Positions 39,166-48,772 of a stretch of DNA of 64,000 bases are shown piece after piece. Origin of the DNA: Candidatus Helarchaeota archaeon. GTDB taxonomy: Archaea > Asgardarchaeota > Lokiarchaeia > Helarchaeales > RDOG01. How positions within the stretch are numbered: position 1 is the stretch's first letter; every line of letters starts with the position of its first letter. The notes below the pieces were generated by a model, which saw nothing but the letters and a program-made list of their open reading frames with translations, did no database searches and was not told where the DNA came from. The DNA lies in the NCBI GenBank assembly GCA_019058315.1, contig JAHPZH010000002.1, forward strand, positions 416,001 to 480,000. Reading direction: 5' to 3'. A program made the translations under genes and the position numbers.

Positions 39166-41352
39166 TTAACCATACCTTTCTGAGCCAGTAGAAAACTTTG
39201 TCTGTTTGGATTTAGAATCCCAAACTTCATATTGGTTCAACATTTCTGGAGGACAGGATGGGCGTATTTTTTTAATAGCCTCTTTGAAATGCCTAATAGA
39301 TACTTTTTTTGCATTAATATCTTCTCTTAGGGCTAATAAACCAGCTTCTTGACAGCAACCTTGGATATCACTGCCTGCAAAATGTTCTGTCAATTTCACT
39401 AGTTCTTCAATATCTACTGATTCATCGATTGGCATCGGTTTTAAATATATTTTAAAGATTTCTCGGCGTGCATTGGCATCTGGTGGTTTAACTAATATAA
39501 CTCGATCAATACGACCATGTCTTATAAGTGCAGGGTCAACTAAATCTGGTCTATTAGTTGCAGCAATTACTACAACGTCTTTTAAAGATTCTAATCCATC
39601 AACTTCTGTTAATATTTGACTAATAACTCTAGATGTTACATGTGAATCTCCGATATCGAACCCTCTTCTTGGAGTAATTGCATCTATTTCATCAAAAAAG
39701 ATGATTGCGGGAGCTGCCGTTCTAGCTTTTCGAAAGACTTCACGTATTGCTTTCTCTGATTCTCCTACCCATTTTGAAAGTATCTCTGGTCCTTTTATAC
39801 TCAAGAAATTTGATTCACTTTCTTTTGCGACGGCTTTTGCTAATAATGTCTTACCACACCCTGGAGGACCAAATAATAGAATACCTTTTGGAGGGTCAAT
39901 TCCTATAGTAATAAATGCTTCAGGAGTTTTTAAGGGTAATTCAACAGCCTCTCTTAATTCTTGCTTAACTTCATCCAATCCACCAATATCTGACCAACTT
40001 ACATTCGGTGTTTCTATTAATACTTCTCTAATAGCAGAAGGTTGAATTTCTTTTAAAGCACTGAAAAAATCATTTGAATTAACAACTAATGAACCTAGAA
40101 TTTCATTTGGAATTTCTTCTTCATCTAGATTAAGTTGTGGTAAATATCGTCTTAGAGCATTCATTGCAGCTTCTCTACATAATGCAGCTAAATCTGCACC
40201 AACAAAGCCATGGGTTATGCTTGCGAATTCTTTCTTATCAATATCTTCCGCCAGTGGCATTCCACGAGTATGAATTTGTAAAATTTCTAATCGTCCTTCT
40301 TTATTCGGAACACCAATTTCAATTTCTCTATCGAATCTACCCGGTCTTCTCAAAGCGGGATCTAATGCATTAGGTCTATTTGTAGCCCCAATAACACATA
40401 CTCTACCTCTTGCATGCAGTCCATCCATCAACGCGAGTAATTGTGCTACAACTCTACGTTCAACTTCTCCCGTAACTTCTTCGCGTTTTGGAGCAATTGC
40501 ATCTAATTCATCTATAAAAATTATACTCGGAGCATTCTTTTCAGCATCCTCAAAAATGCTTCTAAGTTTTTTTTCTGATTCACCATAAAACTTAGACATA
40601 ACTTCTGGACCATTTATCGGTATAAAATGAGAATCAGATTCGTTGGCTACAGCCCTAATTAATAAAGTTTTACCACAACCTGGTGGACCTCGTAATAAAA
40701 CACCTTTAGGTGGAGTGATCCCTAGTCTTCTAAATAGCTCGGGATGCTTCAATGGTAGTTCAACCATTTCACGAATTTTCTTAATTTCTTCGTTAAGTCC
40801 ACCCACATCCTCGTAAGTTACAACAGATACCCCTTTAAGTTCTTCCTCAATAACTTTGCTAACTTTCAACTCAGTACCCGGTTTTATTACTACAACACCT
40901 TGTGGGCGTGTCATAATAATTTTAAAAGGCACTTTTTTAGAAATTCCAATCGGAACAAATAAAATATCACCCTTTGTAACAGGATAATTTAGCAATTTTC
41001 TCTTTATAAAGGTCTCTAGATAAGAATCTGACTGAACATTAATATCTGTTGGAGAAATTATAACACGATTGGCAATTTTTTCTTCTGCTTTATAAATTAC
41101 GACAAGTTCACTTAAACTAATGCCTGCATTCTTTCTTAATCTTCCATCCATTCTAATTATACTTCTATTCTGATCTTCTGGATATGCAGGCCATGCTATA
41201 GCCGCAGTAACACGTTTCCCTTTTATAGCTAATATATCTCCAGTCTGAACATTTAGTTTATTCATAATATCATTATCTACTCTTACAATTGAACGTCCAA
41301 CATCTCGCTGTTTCGCTTCTGCGACTCTAACTTGTATTTCGTTATCTTCCAA
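39166..41352 (-). CDS. cdc48: CDC48/VCP/VAT AAA+ ATPase
   Basis: N-domain plus two AAA modules ([29 protein letters not shown]); C-terminal -RYG HbYX-like tail. Confidence 0.97.
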   Translation of the reverse strand: MEDNEIQVRVAEAKQRDVGRSIVRVDNDIMNKLNVQTGDILAIKGKRVTAAIAWPAYPEDQNRSIIRMDGRLRKNAGISLSELVVIYKAEEKIANRVIISPTDINVQSDSYLETFIKRKLLNYPVTKGDILFVPIGISKKVPFKIIMTRPQGVVVIKPGTELKVSKVIEEELKGVSVVTYEDVGGLNEEIKKIREMVELPLKHPELFRRLGITPPKGVLLRGPPGCGKTLLIRAVANESDSHFIPINGPEVMSKFYGESEKKLRSIFEDAEKNAPSIIFIDELDAIAPKREEVTGEVERRVVAQLLALMDGLHARGRVCVIGATNRPNALDPALRRPGRFDREIEIGVPNKEGRLEILQIHTRGMPLAEDIDKKEFASITHGFVGADLAALCREAAMNALRRYLPQLNLDEEEIPNEILGSLVVNSNDFFSALKEIQPSAIREVLIETPNVSWSDIGGLDEVKQELREAVELPLKTPEAFITIGIDPPKGILLFGPPGCGKTLLAKAVAKESESNFLSIKGPEILSKWVGESEKAIREVFRKARTAAPAIIFFDEIDAITPRRGFDIGDSHVTSRVISQILTEVDGLESLKDVVVIAATNRPDLVDPALIRHGRIDRVILVKPPDANARREIFKIYLKPMPIDESVDIEELVKLTEHFAGSDIQGCCQEAGLLALREDINAKKVSIRHFKEAIKKIRPSCPPEMLNQYEVWDSKSKQTKFSTGSERYG

Positions 41353-41475
41353 AGTTTTTCAACCTTCTAAATATCTACAATAAAACTAGAAATTTGAATT
41401 CTAATCTAATAATATAATTCTTAATTTTTAATAATGTTAATTCTTTATTGAAAATCATATTTTTTAAAAAAATGG

Positions 41476-42708
41476 ATGGAAAGAAAACTGAAAAATTCAA
41501 ATGGTACTGATATAGCAATTATAGGTGGGGGTCCTTCAAGCGCCTTTGCGGCAATTGAGGCTTTAAAAAGAAAGAAAGAAGTTGAGATTTTTGAAGAACA
41601 TTCAAAAATCGGAATCCCGATTCAATGTGCAGGTCTAATAAGCCATTCTGGTTTTAAACGGTTAAAAATTAAAGTTCCAAAGAATTGTATACAAAATAAG
41701 GTTAGAGGATCGATTATCTATTCACCAAATAATAAAAAAGTAGTTATTAAAAGAAAATCAACGCAAGCTTTGGTAATAGATAGAAGTTTATTAGATAAAT
41801 TTTTAATTCGCAATGCTGAAAATTTGGATGGAAAAATACACATAAAAGCACGAGTTTTAGAATTAATAAAAGGAAAAAATAATAACGTTCTCGGAATTAA
41901 AGTAAAAAAAGATGGAAAAATTATCGAAAAATATTCTAAAATCATAATCGATGGGGAGGGGGTTCAAGCAAAGTTTATTCGTCAAGTTGGGTTACCAAAA
42001 GTTAAAAGATCATATATTATACCCGCTGTCCAATATGAAATGAGCAATGTGGATATAATAAAAGATTTTGTTGAAATGTTTTTTGGCAGAAGAATTTCTC
42101 CTGGTTTTTTTGCATATATTATTCCAACATCTGAAGAAACTGCAAGGGTTGCAGCTGCAACAAATTATGGAAGACCGATAGATTATCTTAAATATTTCAT
42201 TAAACGACATCCAATAGCTTCAAAAAAATTGCAAAGGGGTAAAATTGATAAAATTTCAGCCGGATCTATTCTCATTGGTGGTCCAATTAAAAAAACTTAC
42301 TCGAATCAATTTCTAGGAATAGGAGATGCTGTTGGTCATGTAAAACCCACAACAGGGGGAGGTGTAGTTCTAGGTGGTTTGTGTGCTAAAATAGCTGGTG
42401 AGGTTGCATCAGAAGCAATCGATAAAAATGATACCTCTGAAAATTTTTTAGTGAAATATGATAAATTATGGAGAGATAAATTCGGAAGAGAATTTCAGTA
42501 TCAAAAAATATTACGATTATTAATAAATAATGTTCCGGACAAAATATTGGATAAAGGTTTTGAAGCAATATCAAAAAATAATATCCCAGAATTGGTAGAA
42601 GAAATAGGTGACATGGATATTCAATCTAATATTCTAAAAAAAGTCTTATTTTCACCAAGAATTTTCAAACTTTTAATTTCATTCATTTATGCTCTAATTT
42701 TCCCTTAA
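41476..42708 (+). CDS. Geranylgeranyl reductase family FAD oxidoreductase (DGGGPL reductase-like)
   Basis: IIGGGP, QCAG, DR..LD, PGFFAYIIP, GDAVG..KPTTGGG. Confidence 0.88.
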   Translation: MERKLKNSNGTDIAIIGGGPSSAFAAIEALKRKKEVEIFEEHSKIGIPIQCAGLISHSGFKRLKIKVPKNCIQNKVRGSIIYSPNNKKVVIKRKSTQALVIDRSLLDKFLIRNAENLDGKIHIKARVLELIKGKNNNVLGIKVKKDGKIIEKYSKIIIDGEGVQAKFIRQVGLPKVKRSYIIPAVQYEMSNVDIIKDFVEMFFGRRISPGFFAYIIPTSEETARVAAATNYGRPIDYLKYFIKRHPIASKKLQRGKIDKISAGSILIGGPIKKTYSNQFLGIGDAVGHVKPTTGGGVVLGGLCAKIAGEVASEAIDKNDTSENFLVKYDKLWRDKFGREFQYQKILRLLINNVPDKILDKGFEAISKNNIPELVEEIGDMDIQSNILKKVLFSPRIFKLLISFIYALIFP

Positions 42709-42806
42709 CTTTAAATTTTTAGTTGTAATAAATACACAAAAAAAATCGAAAACTTATTAAGATTTTTTACTTTTTTCAAATTAAGTATTTAGGACTGATA
42801 TTAAAT

Positions 42807-42980
42807 ATGCAAAAAATAAAGTTAAACTGTAGTGGTTGCGGCAGAATTATCGAATCTACCAATAAAGCTGTTAAATTTACTTGTCCTAACTGTGGAGAAT
42901 ATGAAATTTGGAGATGTGAACGCTGTCGCAAGTTTAGTAGAAGTTATCGCTGTGCAAAATGCGATTTTATAGGTCCTTAA
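42807..42980 (+). CDS. Zinc-ribbon RNA-binding protein DUF1610/HVO_2753 family (not in ORF track)
   Basis: MQKIKLNCSGCGRIIESTNKAVKFTCPNCGEYEIWRCERCRKFSRSYRCAKCDFIGP; usual position upstream of EF-1beta. Confidence 0.92.
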   Translation: MQKIKLNCSGCGRIIESTNKAVKFTCPNCGEYEIWRCERCRKFSRSYRCAKCDFIGP

Positions 42981-43082
42981 ATTATTTAACTCTTTTTAAT
43001 TTAATAATTAGTATATTATTTTTAGAAAATGTTAATTAGAATTAAAGGTGAAAAATAAAATCAATAAACGAGATGAAGCACT

Positions 43083-43364
43083 TTGGCAAAAAGGATATTA
43101 GCCATTATGAAGGTCCTTCCCGAATCTACAGAAGTAGATTTTGAAAATTTAAAAAAGCAAATAGCAGATGCATTACCAGAAGGATTCGAGTTACAAAAAG
43201 GATCTTTCAAAACAGATTATATTGCATTTGGACTTGAGAGTTTAAATTTTAGACTATTTTGTCCTAATGAAGATGGAATAACGGATAAGATCGAAGAAAT
43301 TTTAGGAAATATAAATGGAGTTCAACGTGCAGAGACAGTTATGATGAGTTTAACTGATTTATAA
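43083..43364 (+). CDS. ef1b: Translation elongation factor 1-beta
   Basis: MKVLPESTEVD, IAFGL motifs; gene order DUF1610-EF1b. Confidence 0.93.
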   Translation: MAKRILAIMKVLPESTEVDFENLKKQIADALPEGFELQKGSFKTDYIAFGLESLNFRLFCPNEDGITDKIEEILGNINGVQRAETVMMSLTDL

Positions 43365-43373
43365 AACCAAAAT

Positions 43374-44270
43374 GTGTTATTTATGATCCCAGAGGAATAT
43401 TATAAAGCTGGGAATATTCTTGCAAAAGCAATTTACAAAACCAAAGATATAATAAAACCTGGAATTCCAATTATTGAAATTTGTGAATTTGTTGAGGGCG
43501 AAATCGAAAAATTAGGAGCTAAACTTTCTTTTCCCGCGAATGTGGATATAAACGAGATCGGGGCACATTATACAAGCCCCCCAAATGATAAATCAATAAT
43601 TCCAGATAATTCAGTAGTAAAACTAGACGCAGGCTCCCATATTAATGGTTTTATCAATGATATGGCAATTACTATAAATTTGGGAGAAGAAAAATATAAT
43701 GAATATATAGAAGCAGCAGAGGAAGGTTTAGCCACTGCCATTAAACACATTAAACCAGGTGTTAAAGTGGATTTAATAGGTGAAATGGTAGAAAAAAAAA
43801 TTAAGAGTTACGATTTAAAACCCATAAGTAATTTATCAGGTCATCAATTAAAACAATATAATCTACATGCTGGTCAATCCATTCCCAGCGTAAAGTCAGG
43901 TGAAGAAGGACATTTTAAAATTAATGAAGTTTATGCTTTAGAACCATTCGTAGCTAGCAAAGCAGCTGCAGGTAGAGTAAAATCGGGTAAAGAAGCATAT
44001 ATATTTCAATTTATAAAAAGGAAAAAAAACCTAGTTAAATTTCTAGCTCAACCCGCTGATGAAATAAGAAGAAAATTTAATAGACTTCCATTCTGTCTCA
44101 GATGGTTACCTGAAAAATATCATACATCAGATATCATCAAACGTCTAACTTCAATTGGAATTATCCATGACTTTCCTGTGTTAATTGAAGCTCGAAAAGG
44201 GATTGTAGCTCAAGCAGAAAAAACAATTGTTGTAACTAGCGATGGATGTGAAGTGCTAACTTGTCTTTAA
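43374..44270 (+). CDS. map: Methionine aminopeptidase type II
   Basis: FPAN, AHY, KLDAG.H.NG...D, NLSGH, ALEPF, AQAE. Confidence 0.95.
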   Translation: MLFMIPEEYYKAGNILAKAIYKTKDIIKPGIPIIEICEFVEGEIEKLGAKLSFPANVDINEIGAHYTSPPNDKSIIPDNSVVKLDAGSHINGFINDMAITINLGEEKYNEYIEAAEEGLATAIKHIKPGVKVDLIGEMVEKKIKSYDLKPISNLSGHQLKQYNLHAGQSIPSVKSGEEGHFKINEVYALEPFVASKAAAGRVKSGKEAYIFQFIKRKKNLVKFLAQPADEIRRKFNRLPFCLRWLPEKYHTSDIIKRLTSIGIIHDFPVLIEARKGIVAQAEKTIVVTSDGCEVLTCL

Positions 44271-44330
44271 ATAATACTGAATTGAGATAACCTCTATTAT
44301 TAAAATACTATCAAATTGAAAATAAATATT

Positions 44331-45011
44331 TCAAATTCCAATATCTAATGTTTTATTTAGATAGTGTTGAGCTTGCATTTCAATTATTTCTCCATCTATC
44401 TCTTTCATATTTATACCATAAATTTCCCCCTCAACTGTGAGTTCATCTCCTATATTTATATATAAGAAATAAGGTATAGAATCTATCTCAAGATGAACTG
44501 TTAATTCTTCTGGTAGTCCTAGTATTTCTTCATCTAATCTTAAACCTATGCTTAAATAGCTCCAGATTATAGTCTCTTTAGAATAAGGTCTTGAACCTCT
44601 ATTTCTCATTATTGAGGTTACTTTTCCATTAATTTCTCCTTTGTAATATGTTTTCTTTGATTTATTTATTCTTATTCCAATCCCAGACTTAATAGTTTCA
44701 TTATACATGGTCTGTGCATTCATAACACACCAATTAACATCCCAATAATATAGGTTGCCATCTGATATAACGCCTTCCATAGTGACTTTGTCCCCAACTC
44801 TTATAAGCGCACACCTGCACTCTTCAGTTGGAGGACGAATCGCGGCAAATAGTCTATTAGGAACACCTTCAATTAAAAACTCTGGTTCAAATAAAAAATC
44901 TGTTCCGTATCCAAAAAGATAATCTGAAAGTACTGTTCCGGATATTTTACCTTTGTATATTAGCTTTCGCTTATTTGGCTCGTCGTTAATGCTCCAGGGT
45001 AAAAACTCCAA
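44331..45011 (-). CDS. Hypothetical protein with two tandem OB-fold-like repeats
   Basis: YKG-x-I-x-G-x-V...[VL]P...[IV]GD-x-[VL]T-x-EG-x-I...M-x-AQ...N-x-T occurs twice. Confidence 0.65.
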   Translation of the reverse strand: MEFLPWSINDEPNKRKLIYKGKISGTVLSDYLFGYGTDFLFEPEFLIEGVPNRLFAAIRPPTEECRCALIRVGDKVTMEGVISDGNLYYWDVNWCVMNAQTMYNETIKSGIGIRINKSKKTYYKGEINGKVTSIMRNRGSRPYSKETIIWSYLSIGLRLDEEILGLPEELTVHLEIDSIPYFLYINIGDELTVEGEIYGINMKEIDGEIIEMQAQHYLNKTLDIGI

Positions 45012-45063
45012 TTTTAAATCTCCTTTTTTTTCTAATTTTATTTGTTGTTATAAATCTAAATTT

Positions 45064-45180
45064 CTATTTTTTTTTCTTTCTAACTATTTTAATTAGTCTA
45101 TCGCAATAATTACACGTAAATTTTACTGCGTTGTGATGAACGTGATTAATACGTTTGCATCCTGGACATCTAATTTTCAT
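45064..45180 (-). CDS. 38-aa zinc-ribbon microprotein (not in ORF track)
   Basis: MKIRCPGCKRINHVHHNAVKFTCNYCDRLIKIVRKKKK; ATG at 45180, TAG at 45064-45066, co-oriented with rfc genes. Confidence 0.65.
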   Translation of the reverse strand: MKIRCPGCKRINHVHHNAVKFTCNYCDRLIKIVRKKKK

Positions 45181-45220
45181 TTTCTTACCAAACTTTATTG
45201 TAAAAATATTATAATTAGGA

Positions 45221-46471
45221 TTATGATGAGAATTTTTTTATGAATTGCTCTTCTTTCTTCTCAAAATCGAACCATTCTGCAAATTCCTTCCTTTTTTTCC
45301 TTTCATTTTCAAAAATTATATGTAAATAAGGGAGAAAATCATTAATTGCCCTTTCAACCGACACATGACACTTGGCTCTGATTTTCATTCCTATATTAGC
45401 TAATGTACCTCTATTAAATTTACCTACATTTTGGAAAAAAAAGCGTGGAGCTTTTTGAAAATATTTCACGTATCTATATGGAGTTTTCGTTCTAGAAAAC
45501 GAAACTCCCAGAGACATTAGTTCAATGAGATATGGTAATAAGGCCCATCCCGCTTTTTCTGCTTTTCTTCTTATTCTCCCATAATATATATCTGCGCGTG
45601 ATAGATAATCAAATGAATCTAATAATTCTTGATTATCCTTCATATGGTCCGGAATACATTCATTTATCCATTGTAAGAATAATCCCCAATCCAAATTCGC
45701 TTGATCAACTGCTTCTCGGATTTTATTTCTGTCAGTTTCACTAAAAATAGTTTGTAAAGAATCAAATATGGCTTTTTCTCTATTTCTATAAAATTTAAAC
45801 GCTTCTAAATCGGTCATTTTCAAATTTTGTTTACCTTGAGCAACCGCTTGAAGGTCAAGTATAGCTGCTCGTAAATCCCCATTAGCGCTTCCTGCAATAC
45901 TATCTAAAACTTCCTCCTCAGCGCTAATGCTCTCTTGATTACAAATATTTTGGAGTACTTTTTTTATGGAATTTACATTAATTCTGTTGAATCTAATGAC
46001 TTGTACTACATCCGAATTTCTAATTTGGCTTATTTTCCGATTATAAGCATCATTAGCGGTCATAATAACTGGATGTTTAGTTTTAGATAGAATTTCTTTT
46101 ACCGCACCTACACCGCCTCTATCTTGCACTCCTGAAATCCCATCAATTTCATCTACTAATATAATTCGACCTTTAGAAGATAGGATAGATCCTTCCAAAG
46201 ATGCTGAACCCACTATATGATTAATTGCATCTTTATTACGAATATCACTAGCATTTATTTCAATTAAATCATAGCCAGCAGAACCAATGACGTGTGCAGA
46301 TAACGTTATTCCAACCCCTGGAGGACCTGCTAAAAGAACTCCTTTAATTTTATTTTTAGAACTCCAATTTTTAATGAAATCTATCAATTTATTTAAGGCA
46401 GTTGGATTGCCTACTATTTCTTTAGTAGTTTTTGGTGCGTATTTATCAGTCCAAATCTCATTTTCTTCCAT
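45221..46471 (-). CDS. rfcL: Replication factor C large subunit (Walker A Lys replaced by Ile)
   Basis: WTDKYAP, GPPGVGIT, EINASD.R, VDEIDG, DRGG, GDLR. Confidence 0.92.
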   Translation of the reverse strand: MEENEIWTDKYAPKTTKEIVGNPTALNKLIDFIKNWSSKNKIKGVLLAGPPGVGITLSAHVIGSAGYDLIEINASDIRNKDAINHIVGSASLEGSILSSKGRIILVDEIDGISGVQDRGGVGAVKEILSKTKHPVIMTANDAYNRKISQIRNSDVVQVIRFNRINVNSIKKVLQNICNQESISAEEEVLDSIAGSANGDLRAAILDLQAVAQGKQNLKMTDLEAFKFYRNREKAIFDSLQTIFSETDRNKIREAVDQANLDWGLFLQWINECIPDHMKDNQELLDSFDYLSRADIYYGRIRRKAEKAGWALLPYLIELMSLGVSFSRTKTPYRYVKYFQKAPRFFFQNVGKFNRGTLANIGMKIRAKCHVSVERAINDFLPYLHIIFENERKKRKEFAEWFDFEKKEEQFIKKFSS

Positions 46472-46476
46472 ACTAT

Positions 46477-47520
46477 TTAACTCTTCAATTGGTTATGTAA
46501 AGAATAAAGATAAGCCAAAAAATAACTGATTTGTATTTCTTCATTAGCTCCTTCTACAATTCTAAAATCAATTTCGCCAATTTTTTGTGAAATCTGAATC
46601 TTTAAAACTTCAGGGATTGGCAAAAATAGTAATTTTTCATATAATAAAGTTAAAATTTCTCTACCCATATATCCAAATTTTAAAAATAAATCCCGAACTT
46701 TGTTTCTTACAACATTAAAATCTTGATTAATTATACCATCTATTATTTGATTTAATAATTTATTTGGAGAAATCATATCTATTACATCATAAACAAGATC
46801 TCCATCAATTGATGAATTAAATGAGGAACAAGTTTGAAGAAGATTAATACATTTAGTCAGATCATTCTCCGTATAATATAAAATTACCTTAAAGGCATCA
46901 TTAGAAATCTTAAGTTTTTCTTTCTCGCCAACATAACGAAGAACTTGAAGAACTTTTTTATCCTCTAATATAGGGAAATTGAGCTTGACGCAGCGAGATT
47001 GAATTGGATCAATGATATTTGACATATTCCTAGCTAAAAGGATTAATCTAAAGGTTTTAGTAGATTTTTCCATCATTCTTCGTAAAGCTTGTTGTGTATT
47101 TATAGATAATAGATGAGAATTATTTATTATTAAGATGCGATACCCAATTTTTCCAAAACTTCTGAATTTTGGAAAATTTCGAATAATAGTTTGTAAAATT
47201 TGTACCCTATTAGGACTTCCACTTTTTCCTCTCCTTTTTTTTTCATATTTAGCTAATTCAAACCACCTATTTTTGAAATTTTCATAAAATAGGGCAGAAT
47301 CTTGAGTATCAATTTCTTCATAATATGACTTATACGTCCTTCCGTACAAATCTCTAATAAAACATAAAGCGGTGGACATTTTACCGCTTCCAGGTGGTCC
47401 TATAAACATTAAGTGGGGAACATTTCTTTGCTTTACTAAGGACTTTAATTCATCAATATTTCTTTGTTCAATAATTAAATTATCTAACATTAAAGGTCTA
47501 TATTTTTCACTCCACAACAA
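46477..47520 (-). CDS. rfcS: Replication factor C small subunit, divergent (Rfc5/RFCS2-like)
   Basis: WSEKYRP, PHL.F.GPPGSGKM, IINNSH (degenerate Walker B), QALRRMME, IQSRC. Confidence 0.9.
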   Translation of the reverse strand: MLWSEKYRPLMLDNLIIEQRNIDELKSLVKQRNVPHLMFIGPPGSGKMSTALCFIRDLYGRTYKSYYEEIDTQDSALFYENFKNRWFELAKYEKKRRGKSGSPNRVQILQTIIRNFPKFRSFGKIGYRILIINNSHLLSINTQQALRRMMEKSTKTFRLILLARNMSNIIDPIQSRCVKLNFPILEDKKVLQVLRYVGEKEKLKISNDAFKVILYYTENDLTKCINLLQTCSSFNSSIDGDLVYDVIDMISPNKLLNQIIDGIINQDFNVVRNKVRDLFLKFGYMGREILTLLYEKLLFLPIPEVLKIQISQKIGEIDFRIVEGANEEIQISYFLAYLYSLHNQLKS

Positions 47521-47659
47521 GTTATCTCACTTTAAAATAAAATTTACTAGATTCTGAGGAATAATTCTAACATTCATAAAAATTTATATAAACCATTGAT
47601 ATTAAAGAAAATTGTTTTACTTATTATTCATGTTTAATATTTTATAATCCGGTGAAATT

Positions 47660-48766
47660 ATGTCTGAAGCAAAAAAGAACTTTAATGAGGTAAGGGGTGC
47701 ATGGATTGGACTTATAGGTTCCATAGGTGCTATAATATTTGCATTGGTCTTTATCATTGGAGGTCCTATGTTTTATATTAGATATCCCGGCACAATGAAC
47801 GATATTCTAATAATGATGAATCAATTCGCTCTTCAAGCTGTGAGCGCAAATCTACAAAGAGCAAATGCTGTATCATGGTATGTTTTTGTTCCTGCAATAA
47901 TTAGTGTAATTTTCTCTTTGGTTCGTAGAAAAGCTGGAGTTAGTTTATCTGGTATTATTCTAATATTAATTATGATAAATTGCACTATAGGCTGTGTTTT
48001 ATTTTTTTCCTTTCTAACATTAGCTCAATATAGTGCTAATGATTCCTTTAGGCTTTCTCTACTAGTGATTGCAGGGGGAGGTGTTCCATCTGAAATGTTT
48101 TTATTGGATCCAGATATGTTCCATGGTGTTGAAATTACAATTGGTTGGTCAACTTGGTATTTATGGCTTCCATACCTATCGTTCATCACCTTGATCGCTA
48201 TAGGTGGCTTATATATGCTTTCAGCAAGACCTCTACCGATTGCAAAATTCAGAAGAAATCGGATGAAACATTTAGCAAAGGCAGATAATTTTGAACGTAC
48301 TGGTAAACCAATCCAAGCAATTAAATTTTATGAGAGGGCAGCAGATCTATCCATGAAATTAAAAGAAGAAGACAAGGCAACTGAATATTATTCGAAAGCT
48401 CGACAAATTCATGAGACTGCAGTTGAAGCTGTCTTAAAAATGGAAGAAGAAAAGAAAAGAAAGGAACTTGCAGCACGAAGGGCCAAATTAGAGGAAGAAA
48501 GAAAAGAAATTTTAATGAAAGCAGATGACGCAGAAGAAGCTGCGGATTGGGAGAGAGCATATCACCTTTATAGAGAAGCAGCTGACCGATCAGTCGATCT
48601 TGGACAAAAAAAATTAGCAGCACAATTCACTGCAAAATCGAAAGAACTGTTGAGAAAAGATAAAGAAAAGAAGAAGAAAGAAGAACGGAAAAAAGACGAA
48701 GAAAAGAAAAGAAAAGAAGAATATGAAAAGAAAAAGGAAGATCTGAGGAAAAAAACAGAAGGCTAA
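47660..48766 (+). CDS. Membrane protein (4 TM) with two MIT/TPR-like helical repeats and a charged tail
   Basis: KADNFERTG..QAIKFYERAADLS and KADDAEEAA..RAYHLYREAADRS repeats; K/E-rich C-terminus. Confidence 0.65.
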   Translation: MSEAKKNFNEVRGAWIGLIGSIGAIIFALVFIIGGPMFYIRYPGTMNDILIMMNQFALQAVSANLQRANAVSWYVFVPAIISVIFSLVRRKAGVSLSGIILILIMINCTIGCVLFFSFLTLAQYSANDSFRLSLLVIAGGGVPSEMFLLDPDMFHGVEITIGWSTWYLWLPYLSFITLIAIGGLYMLSARPLPIAKFRRNRMKHLAKADNFERTGKPIQAIKFYERAADLSMKLKEEDKATEYYSKARQIHETAVEAVLKMEEEKKRKELAARRAKLEEERKEILMKADDAEEAADWERAYHLYREAADRSVDLGQKKLAAQFTAKSKELLRKDKEKKKKEERKKDEEKKRKEEYEKKKEDLRKKTEG

Positions 48767-48772
48767 TTACTT

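Noticed and set aside
48655-48763. AAAGAA-rich tandem repeat
   Set aside because: It is the coding sequence of a Lys/Glu-rich tail, not an independent repeat or CRISPR array.
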